64,000 nt of DNA from Narcine bancroftii. Lineage: Eukaryota. The DNA is taken from positions 298,282,001-298,346,000 of the forward strand of contig NC_091472.1 of the NCBI RefSeq assembly GCF_036971445.1, read 5' to 3'. The notes under the pieces were generated by a model. The model saw only the letters and a program-made list of their open reading frames with translations. It was not told the DNA's origin and made no database searches. Of the stretch, positions 53,574-64,000 are shown piece after piece (position 1 is the stretch's first letter; each line of letters starts with the position of its first letter). A program made the translations under genes and the position numbers.

Positions 53574-55400
53574 TTCAGATTTCAGATTTATTGTCAGCGT
53601 ATACGCATGACATCATACAATCCTGAGATTCTTTTTCCTGCTGGTGAGCCAGAATGACAAGACACGTTTATTGTCATCTGGTTGTACAAGTACAACCTGA
53701 TGAAACAGCGTTCTCCGATCCTTAGTGCAAAACACACGGACATACAACCAGACATAACTTGTAGACAGACAAACAATTCATATGCAGGACAAATATTTCA
53801 TCTAAATAACTAAATAAATAAATATTGTTTCATGAATATGAGAGTCTCAGATGGTTAGTGTGAGTAGTTCTTTTGGTCATTCAGTATTCTCACTGCCCGT
53901 GGGAAGAAGCTATTCCCCAGCCTGGTGGTGTTGGCTCTGATACTCTTTTATCTCTTCCCTGATGGGAGCAGCTGAAAGCTGTTGTGTGCAGGATAGATGG
54001 GGTACTCAATGATTTTGCAAGCCCTCTTCAGACAACGATCCTAGTAGATCAAGTTAATGGTGGGGAGTGGAGAGAGAGAGAGATGGCAATGATGCTGCCA
54101 CTCTTATGGTTCCATGGATTGACCTCTGATCTTTGTTCAGCAACCCTACCACAGGGTGATGCATCTGACCAGGATGCTTTTGATAGAGCTCCTTTAAAAG
54201 GTTGACATAGTGGTGGCCGGTAGCCTTGCCCGCTTAAGTCTTCTGACTTTTGCGCCTTCCTGACAAGTGAGGAGATGTTGAGTGTCCACGATAGGTCGCT
54301 AGTTAAGTGAACTCCAAGGAGCTTGGTGCTCTCCACTCTGTCTACTGTAGAATTGTTAATGTGTAGTGGAGTATGGATATTCCTCATCCTCCTGAAGTCC
54401 ACGATCATCTCCTTCATCTTGTCCACGTTAAGACTCTGTTACTGTCACATGAGATTTTCTTCCTCTTCTCTCTAGTGTGACTCATTGTTGGTGGTGAGGC
54501 CAACTACTGGTGTTTCATCTGCAAACTTGGTGACATTATTGGATCTAAATTACCACTTATTGATAGTGCAAAAAATATGCAGTCAACAAAAACATTTAAA
54601 AAATGACATCAAACTGGAATGCAGAGAGAAAAAAATGAATAATGTGCAAAAGTAAGTCCTTAAATGTGTTCCTGATTGAGTTTGTCATTGAGGAGTCTGA
54701 TGGTGGAGGGGTAACAGCTGTTCCTGAACCTGGTGGTGCGAGTCTTATGGCACCTATACCACTTTCCTGATGGTAGAAGTGAGGCAGAGTGTGTGCTGGG
54801 TGGTGTGGATCCTTAATGATTGCTGCTGCTTTCTGACAGAGTGTTTCCTGTAGATTATCTTGATGGTGGGGAGGATTTTGCCTGTGATGTCCTAGGCTGT
54901 GCCCACTACCTTTTGCATGGCTTCACACTTAGGGGTATTGGTGTCCCCATACCAGACCTTGATTGATGCATCTGGTCAGGACACTTTCCACTGTACATCT
55001 GTAGAAATTTGCCAAAGTTTCTGATATCATACTAAACTTCCACAAACTCCCAAGCAAGTGGAGCTGTTAACGTCCTTTCTTCACTATGCCATTTGTGTGT
55101 TGGGTCCAGGAAAGATACTCAGAGATAATGACTCCCAAGAACCCTCCTCCTCTTATCCCCCAATGATCGAACTCCTCTGGTTGCCCCTTCCTGAAATCAA
55201 CAATCAGCTCCTTGGTTTTGGTGACAATGAGTGTGTGGTTGTTGTTGGTGCACCATTCAGCCAAGTTTTCAATCTCCCTCCTGTAGGCTGACCCATCCCC
55301 CCTTGTTCTACCACCCACTACCATAATATTGTCAGCAAATTTGTAGATTGTTTTATTGTACTGAACCACACAGTCATAGATGTATAGCAGGGAGAGCAGG
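53574..55400 (-). mobile_element. Cluster of Rex1/Babar fragments
   Basis: KEMIVDFRR...KLLGVHLTSDLSW; YKFADN...YRREIENLAEWC..N...KTKELIVDFRK. Confidence 0.85.
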
Positions 55401-55756
55401 TTTAAGGGATAAGCGATTACTGTTAAAATTTTTGATGATATGAAGATGTGACATTTCTTTATTCTTCATTTGCTATCTATCTATCGACCCTCAAATGGTA
55501 CACATATAAATACCTTCTTTGTAAAATTATCTGTCTTGGAAGTAAAGGAACTGCAATTTTTCAACATTTTTGGACCTTATTTTTTCAAGTTATTTCTACA
55601 AAGGATGCTTGTTTTTTTTTTAAATTCTGATACTGTCTATGGTACTGTGCAGAAGTGTGATGTTCAGTGATTTGGTTTCATCACACATGGACTTGATCAA
55701 GGATAAAAAATGATCAGTTGGAAATGCTTATATAAGAGAAAAACAAATCACTACTG

Positions 55757-56105
55757 TGTAGCAGCTGTGTAGCAGGCTGAGCGGGCACTCAGTGCGGTAA
55801 TGCGAACCGCCACCGTCAGTACAGTGCACGGACTTACCTAAGGGCTGGCATGCTAGTGGTACTGAGTGCCGAGGGACGGCACGTTGATCACTGGGTTCCT
55901 GCTGAAAGGCATGGGATGTTAACAAGTCTCAATTTAAAATTACTGGTCCCGTAGACCAGCAGCCGTCCCTTAACAAGGTCCATGTGGAGCCCGGAACAGG
56001 CAGGGAATAAAAGCTGCTTGTAAAGCTTCAATAAACCAGTCTTGAGTTGACTACTCTGGTGTGTGTTTGTATTTCATTAGTAGCTCTACCGTAGTAGCCG
56101 CTACA
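55757..56105 (+). mobile_element. Solo LTR (Gypsy-like, 349 bp)
   Basis: TGTAGCAGCT...AGCCGCTACA termini; perfect 4-bp TSD actg (55753-56, 56106-09); AATAAA at 56006 and 56030. Confidence 0.88.
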
Positions 56106-56369
56106 ACTGCATTTATTGTTTTATTTTATCTATCTTCTGCTTCCATGTGGAAAGTTCATGTAGACATTGCAGAACAAACAAATGAATTAATTTCTATATA
56201 GGTTGACAATTCTGCCAGAATATTCTGCATATGTGTACTTTAATGTTTGTGTAATCATTAATATATGGGTTACAGCACTGAAGTAAACTATTTAGACCCA
56301 CTGGCTGTTTATACCCCACATAAAATTATTCCTTTATTCAAGAGGGGAATCAGGAGTAAACCAGGTTAT

Positions 56370-56680
56370 AAACAAGAAAATCATCAGATGCTGGGGTCCA
56401 GTGCAGTACCCAAACATGCTGGAAAAACTCAGCAGATCATGTATGGTTTACAACACAGAATTAAACCATCCAGGCCAACTGGCTGGTGTTTATGCCCCAC
56501 ACAAAGTGATTTCTTTATGCAAGAAGCAAAGCAATGATAAGCCAATTATGAACAAGAAAATTTGCAGACACTGGGGTCCAGGATAGTACACAAAAATGCT
56601 GGAGAAACTCAGCAGTCATGTAGATCCTTAGGAAGTAAAAGTCAGTTGATGTTTTGGGTCTGAGTCCTTCCTCACCCTTT
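56370..56680. mobile_element. Two tandem arms of the Penelope-derived repeat
   Basis: aacaagaaaa...ctggggtcca...atgctgga.aaactcagcag at about 56370 and 56551. Confidence 0.7.
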
Positions 56681-56759
56681 GTTATATCAACCTTGATGTT
56701 AATTGAGATGGTATGATTAGTAAGTGTGTTACACATGCAAAACTTAGTTCATTTGTCAA

Positions 56760-57510
56760 TAATGGGGAGCATAGATACAGGCTGTCAAAAGGTATTGATC
56801 ACATAGTAATTTGACAGAGAGTGACAGGTAGAATTGGATCCTGATGAATGAAGTGATGCATTTTGGCAAGTCAAATGAGAAGAGAATGTAATCAATGGCC
56901 ATGGTAATGGTGAACAGAGAAATCTTGGTGTATAAATCAAAGTTCAAATCTAATGAATGCTAAATGTGACAGCAGTGATAAGTAGGATGGTAATGAAGAG
57001 CTATTGGATATAGGTTTCATTCGCTGGGGGATAAGAACTGAGAAATAATGGAACAGCTTTATAAAATATTGATGAGGCTACATCTGAAATATTGGGTTCA
57101 GTTTTGGTTGCCATCATATGAAAGGAATGTCCCCCTTTGATGGAGTGTCCCCCATATGAGAAGAGAGAGTGTGTTGGCTGAGTTTGTTGATGTTGGAACA
57201 GCAAAGGCTGAAGGCAGACCTGATAGAAATATACAAAATAATGAAGGGCATTTGTAGGCTAGGGAGTAGTGAACTGTTTCCCATTGCAGAGGTATCTGTA
57301 ATCAGTGGGACAGGTTTAAGTTGAGAATGTTTAGAGGGGATGAGTTTGAGGGGATGTTTAGAGGGGATAAAGAAATGAGTTTGGCGGGCACTAGGCAATA
57401 TTTAAGCAGGTTATGGACACACACTGGATCTATTACGGTGTAGAAGTGCTGATGAATGAATAGTCATAGATGGGCATGACTGAAGAGTCAATTTCAGCTC
57501 TATTTGATTC
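56760..57510 (+). mobile_element. Old CR1 3' fragment
   Basis: EVMHFGK, LYKILMR.HLKY.VQFW, RLKADLIEIYKIMKG. Confidence 0.7.
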
Positions 57511-57699
57511 TCAAATGAGCTTCCTTCCACCCCTCTTTCACCTTAATGTCATTTCTTTCTGCTGCATATATCTGTCTATCTTCTCCCCTTAAATGCATTA
57601 ATTCTGCTCATTTCAGCTAACTTTGGTCGTGGCAAATTCCACTGTCTATTATTCTATTTTGATGAATTAACTCTTACTTTTCTGAATATTTAAATTATA

Positions 57700-58640
57700 A
57701 TCAACCACGCTTACACCAATAATTTAATAATACATATATAACTTCAAATTTAACATGGTAAACCCTCCATCCACCCCTAACCTCAACAATAATACACCCT
57801 CTCCTCCCATCTCCACCCTACTTACCCCAACTACCCCTAATAAAGAAATAGAAAAATGGAGAAAAAACTTAAATAAGAATTAATATCTCGTGGAATGAGG
57901 GAACAAAGTCTTCAGTTTCCAATTGAAATAATCCAAATAAGGGCTCTAAATCTTCCTGAAAATATAACTTTTATCTCTCAAATTATACGTTATTTTTTCC
58001 AAAAGAATACAAGACCTTCATTCTGAATGCCATCTCTCTAAATTAAGTTCCATCTGATCTTTCCCTTGCCACTGCCAAAGCCAACCTCAAAAAAGCTACT
58101 TGAAATTTATCCAATCTAAAAACCAAACAAATTTCACTTATATCACCGATTTTTTTTTTAATTGAATCTAAAGAAAGTTTTAATTTCAAAACATTCTGTA
58201 AATAATCCTTAACACAAGACTTGTCATAAGACCATAATGAATGCAAAAACGTACCCTTCTGTCTGTTACATTGAAACACAAATCAGAAAAAAAATCAAAT
58301 TATATCTTTTCAAACGAAATTTCCGTCTATACCAGACATTAATGATTTTTGTCATACTATCATTACAAATAGTTTTTCAATTATCTCTATCCAAATCAAT
58401 TCCCAAATCCTTTTCCCATTTCAGTCTTGATTTATGCAAATCAATTTTAGACATTTTCTGTTGCAATAATTTATATATTTCAGATATAAATCCTTTCTTT
58501 CCTCCATCACGAACCATCATTCTAAATTTCGACTCTTTTGGAAGAAACAAATTCTTCCCAAAAGAATCATACCACATCAATTTAATTTGATAATAACAAA
58601 GAAGAGACTGATGCCGTTCATCACCGGGGCAACTCTCCCA
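57700..58640 (-). mobile_element. Old L1-clade 3' fragment
   Basis: FISEIYKLL...KWEKDLG; FLRLALAVAR. Confidence 0.7.
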
Positions 58641-58643
58641 AAG

Positions 58644-59480
58644 TGTCTCACTTTCCCTGCCTAGTAAGAGTATCAAGGGTTACGTTTCACCAACAGCAAT
58701 GGAGAGATGCACAAACAGAAGGGTTAACTTTAAGACAAAATTTATCAACAAATTACATTGGTTCTTCATTGATTCAAAGAAAACATATTTTTGTGCAGCT
58801 TTTGCCAAAGATGAATTTCTCCAGTTGTTTGATGTAATGTTGGTACAGAGTCCAGGTCTCACATCCGTATAGGAGAGAAGGGATAACCATCATTCTGTAG
58901 TCGTTCAGCTTTGTAGATATGAGGACATTGTGTTGATTGAACACTCTGGCACACAGCCTCCCCAGAGCCTGGCTAGAATTACCTCAATAAACTTAACCCC
59001 CAAACATAAGCCTTTATGGAAACTCTACATTACCAACAGATGTTTACAAGGTGTATGTAGGAAAAATACCCAAACCATTACAGTCCAAGTTCAAAATGCC
59101 CCAAAAGAAAACTCCCAAAACAAAACCTCAAGTCAGTCATGTCAAGTCCGTCAGTCAAAAAGGAACAGCTCACAGAGTCTGGTTTTCAGGCTTAAGCTTC
59201 TTAGTTTGGTTGCATGCTGGTCTTCTAGTTGGACCTGTAGACTGATGGCCATGGTCACTGTAGACTTACATTCACTGTAAACTTGCATTCACTATAGACT
59301 TACGACTTTCCTGAGTTTTGAATGTGACAACAACCACCTTTGTTTTCTTCTCGGGAATTTTCACCCAGTGACCTCCTAGTCACTACACAAGGTTCAAGCC
59401 CACTTTAGAGTTAACAAGTGGCCTTCTGTCACACAAGTCTTCCCCTCTAAACACCCTGTCTTGGGTCACCTTCTGTCACA
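58644..59480 (-). mobile_element. Probable old LTR containing an ancient RTE fragment (about 58760-58980, minus)
   Basis: cagcaatgga motif shared with the 11437 LTR; ends tctgtcaca; insert reads STKL..YR..VIPSLLYGCETWTLY. Confidence 0.5.
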
Positions 59481-60509
59481 CGAAGTCCGCCCATTACTCC
59501 TGTGCTTGCTGACCTACACTGATTTCCAGTTAAGCCATTCATGGTTTTGCCCTTTCCAATATTTTGTAATATGCTAATCCTGGAAGTCACCAGTGCTCCT
59601 CCAGCCTGGTCCCTTAATCATGCAAGAACTTAATCACCCTACCAATGGAGCTGGATTTGCTGACTTTGCATTTCAAATTAGAGGAGTATGTCATGAGCAG
59701 GCTGGTGTTGTAAAATTATGTTTAGGTCAGTATCCCAGAAGTTCCCACTGTCAGGATAAATTCTGGGGTAAATGTCAACATATTTCAGAGGTCAATAGCA
59801 AGGTGGCAGTTTCCACTGATGACTTCAAAATCCTGACTATTTTATCCGCCTGTAGGCTCTGGAACAATCATTGTCCTCAATTCATTCACCTTCCTATACC
59901 TTGAGAGCCAATCTTTTTAGGTCAAAAGCTTGGATTTGGAAAAAACATACTTTAGTGCCAGATATCCATTTTCTTACTTAAGTAAGTGGTATCCTGTCCA
60001 AAACAGGGCTGTTGACAACCCTGCCTCTCTCTCTTTGCGCCATCCCATCCCTCTTCTATTATTTCTCCCCTTTCTCTTACCTTCCATGCATTTTCAGTCT
60101 GTATCATGTTTCCACCAAATCTCTGCATTGTTTTTCTTCCTTCTAACTTTATCTTTCTGTTTGCTTTACTCTTTTATTTATCCCAGTATCTCTTCCTTCA
60201 TTTCGTATTGATTAATCCCATGCACTGTGTTAGCCCTGAGGATGATTGACATAAACTATCCAAATTAAGAAAGGCCTGCTCTGGTACTTTGAAACTAATC
60301 CATTTTTCAAGTGCCAATCGCACCACAATTGCAGTTGGAGATACCAATCACATGCCAGTTGATATCACTGCTGCTCGCCCAACATGTGACATACACATTA
60401 CAGAACATCATGATATAGTTTTTCAAATGCACTGTTTCCATATCCTTTAAGGAATATACATACAGAAAGCCTCTGCACCCAGCCAAGAGGGTAGAACCAA
60501 AGAACCGTA

Positions 60510-61190
60510 GAAGATTACAGCTCAGAAACAGGCCCCTTCGGCCATTCTAGTCTATGCAGAACCATTTTTCTTTGCCTAGTTCCATTGACCAGAACCCAGT
60601 CCATAGCCCTCCATACCACTCCCATCCATGTACCTGTCTGAATTCTTCTTAAATTATAACATTGAGCCTGCATTCGCCACTTCATATAGCAGCTCATTCC
60701 ACACTCCCATCACTCTCTGTGAAGAAGCTTCCCCTTATGTTCCCCCTAAACCTTTGCCCTTTCACTTTTAACCCATGTCCTCTGGTTTGTATCTCACCTA
60801 ACCCTCACTCTTAACCCATGTCCTCTGGTTTGTATCTCACCTAACCTCAGTGGAAAAAGCCAATCTACATTAATTCTGTCTATCCACCTCATCATTTTAA
60901 ATACCTCTATCAAATCTCCCCTCAGTCTTCTACGCTCCAGGGAATAAAGTCCTAACCTGTTTAACCTTTCCCTGTAATTCAGTTCCTGAAGGCCAGGCAG
61001 TGTCCTAGTAAATCTTCTCTGCACTCTTTCTATCTTATGGATATCTTTCCTGTAGTTAGGTGATCAAAACTGCACACAATATTCCAAATTTGGCCTCACC
61101 AATGTCTTATACAACTTTACCATAACATTCCAACTCCTATTCTCAATAATTTGATTTAATGAAAGCCAATATGCCAAAAACATCACTTTT
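60510..61190 (-). mobile_element. 5'-truncated CR1 with an internal 43-bp tandem duplication (60762-60846)
   Basis: LYKTLVRPNLEYCVQF; QRRFTR.LPGL..LNYRERLNRLGLYSLERRRLRGDLIEVFK. Confidence 0.9.
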
Positions 61191-61771
61191 GAAATTCCAG
61201 GCCTATAGACATTGCTGGCAGGGCCAGTATTCATTGCCCATTCCAATTAAAATGCTTATTATTTCAGAGAGCAGTTCAGAATCATTCACATTTGGGATTT
61301 GTGGATAATTGGATCAATAATCCAGACCTTTTTAGCTAGTCCTCTAATTTAACCATAGTGGTTCATCCCCACTGATAAAGATTTTTTTTTTGGTTGCTGC
61401 CTTCATGAACCTAAGGAAATGGAAGTGCACAGGAGCTCAATGGTTTACTAGTATCTGACATGTGACAAATGACATTTCCCTAGAGAACCCCTCCATGCTT
61501 CTTAATTGCTAAGTTAGCATTTCTTGCCACTTCTCCTCAGAGAAGTGATATCATTATCCCACCAAAGTTATTTGTTCAACCAAGGTGCGAAGCCCATTCC
61601 TTTGCAGTTGTTTCTATCTATGGATCAATAATAAAATATAATGTGCAATCTTGTGTATAATCACAATTTAATTTCACCATCTGCATTAATGTGATAATTT
61701 TTAGTTCATCATTGTTGATTCTACCTACGTATCCAAAGACTGTTGCATGCTGAAGGTCCCTAATGCTGGGG

Positions 61772-61948
61772 TAAAACATGAAATTCTGCAAACCCTATGG
61801 ATGAAGTAAAAACACAATGCTGGAGAAACTCAGCAGGTCAAACAATGTACTTTATATAGCAAAGATAAAGATACATAACCAACGTTTCGAGCTTGAAGGG
61901 CTCAATCCTGAAACAATGGTTATATATTTTTATCTTTGCTATATAAGG
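61772..61948. repeat. Penelope-derived hairpin element
   Basis: atgctggagaaactcagcagg arm; stem tatatagcaaagataaagatacataacca / tggttatatatttttatctttgctatata. Confidence 0.75.
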
Positions 61949-64000
61949 TTCCTAATTTTGTCTATTCGAACTGTGGGCTTAGCTATATCATTAACCACTG
62001 AGTTTCTCTGAAGTTTTACTCTCTGTCTTGCTGTTGACCTTCTATGTCTTAATGTAACCCAAAGCCTGTCTGGTTATGGGAACTTGCTATGAAGAAATAA
62101 ATAATAATGTGTGCATAAGAGATTTCCCAATAGATATTTGAAGATTATTTGAAGAAGAGAAAGGAATCTGAGTAAATAGAAGCCTCATTGAGAGGGTGCT
62201 CTTCACAGTTGCCTTAAAAGCAGTATACTGAGGAAATTAAAGCTAAGCAATAGACTTGCAATAACTTGATAAAGAGTGTAAGCAGAAAATTTAGTTAGAG
62301 TTCTTCAGCTTTAGTGAAATCAAAATCTAAACATCTACAAATTACCATGATCCTGGAATTTGGAAAACATTAAGATGGCAATGGGTTTCCTGAATAAAAT
62401 AATAACAGCCATGGAAAGCCAGGTAGTTTCCCTTGGGGATTTGCCACACATATTCAAGCCTCAGTGCAGTCCAATAGTTCAGTCTTGCAAAGAAAAAAAA
62501 CGAAATGTTTTACTGTGCGGTCAGAAGATAGAGGATTCCTGCACGAGCAAGCCACTTCAGACCAATGATAAAGGTGAAATATTGAACTGCCCAAACATGG
62601 CTAATGAATGCCATCATTCATCTTCACCGCCAGACAGAATTCTCAAGACAAGTTCCACAAGTAATTTTATTTTCTGGACATCTCGGCATAAAACAGCAGC
62701 TGGGTTTTAATGAGAAGCAGTAGATTTGAAGTGGAATGCTATATCTAGAACTATCTAATGACCTTGGTATGTGTTTCTGCTTTTGCACTTGTTTTTTTGT
62801 AGCCTCAGTCCATTTGACAGTGGTCTGGCAAACTTAAATGATTGCAGAATAAATCATTATTGGTCAACCACCAGAAAAGATATGAGAGGCACACTCTGGA
62901 TCACATCTATTTTGTGTTCATTGGAGCGTCTTGACATGTTAATTCAGGAAGTTAGTCTTTCAAAGATGAATTTTAAGATCAGCAATGGCAAGAATGAATA
63001 GAGTCATAGTATCATGGTTATAGAGAGCTCAGAAGCAAGCCCTTCAGCCCACCATCAAATATCCCTTTGCACTAATCCTATAATAACCCCATTTTCATTC
63101 TTCTCACTTTCTCATCAATCTCCCCCATATTCTACCACTCACCTACACCTTCAGGACATTTAACCCTGGGGTGTGGGAGGAAACTGGAGCACTGGAAGGA
63201 AACCCACGTAGCCATATACTAACTCAACAAAGAAAAAACACCCCTATTATCTGTGCCACATTGCTACCCAATCCTCAACACTGGACGGCAAATAATAGGG
63301 ATTTAAGGAAAATGCAAGCATTAACAATGATATGTGGAAAAAAACTCTTGTTGCAGGAAAATAATGTTGGTTAGTGACCAATATTGTCACCAACGATATT
63401 AGCTTTTCCCAAAGGTAAGGGGAAATTTGTCACTTTCAGGACTTTAGTGGAACATAGACTTATTTATTTTGTTTATTTATTGCAGATCCTTTTGTTAATT
63501 TTGCTAGACATTTCAAATCCTGATCTTAAATTTAGTTTATAGATTCTCCTTGTATTTGCACAATATCACATGTAATTACATAGAAAAAACATACAAGTGA
63601 AATAAGTGATGTTATTTCCCAAATAGAAATGACCCTTTGTGTTGTTCCTTTCTCAACTTGCATCCTCTGCCATCTTATTCTCTCATTTACTTTTCCCTGT
63701 AACTATTTTTTCCACACATTCTCAACAACTTTACTACCCACATACATAAGGAACAAATCACAGTAGCCGTACACCTTTGATCTCTGGAGCTGTGAGGTAG
63801 TGGCTCTACTAGCTGCGCCATGTTTGTATTCCCTCTCATTTCAATAGTCATACAAACAAGTTTCTTATAACACGTGGAGGCAAATTGCTCTATTCCTCAC
63901 ATGTATGGTTCATGTTAACTATGAAGCATTTTGAACAGAACCTATTCTGGTCATCACTCAGGAGAGTCTGTCCCAAAGCATATAATGGATTTAATTCTGT

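Noticed and set aside
61720-61731. STYV codons as the Kal7 C-terminus
   Set aside because: No stop codon follows, and the upstream residues do not resemble the Kal7 exon.
62360-63001. 116-aa and 76-aa ORFs as genes
   Set aside because: No recognisable domain or convincing splice structure; at most a faint resemblance to a decayed LINE.

Overview
Vertebrate genomic DNA, AT-rich and repeat-dense. The repeat set (CR1 with esterase ORF1, V-SINE/HE1-type SINEs, Penelope-derived hairpins, Rex1/Babar, fish-type L1) points to a cartilaginous fish, probably a ray; this is inference. The window lies inside a Kalirin (KALRN) gene on the + strand. Ten coding exons (3133-30090), all GT-AG and phase-consistent, encode most of the first DH-PH RhoGEF module through ...SQNTMDSDK. 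About 34 kb of intron follows, with no recognisable Kal7 (STYV) or SH3 exon. Introns are filled with LINE, SINE, solo-LTR and Tc1/Tigger remnants. Notable structure: (1) a clean twin-priming-type 5'-inverted L1 with a 15-bp TSD; (2) a CR1 locus whose 5' half and RT half lie on opposite strands with nearly complementary breakpoints; (3) a young RTE family in three near-identical copies, one with an antisense poly(T) tail at its 5' junction; (4) a 1.9-kb 27-bp minisatellite inside a non-autonomous RTE-derived element; (5) a SINE>Tc1>RTE triple nest; (6) Penelope-derived hairpins with degenerate hammerhead cores. No prokaryotic systems and no intact novel protein-coding gene were found. Repeat boundaries without TSDs are approximate, and family names come from recalled motifs, not database searches.
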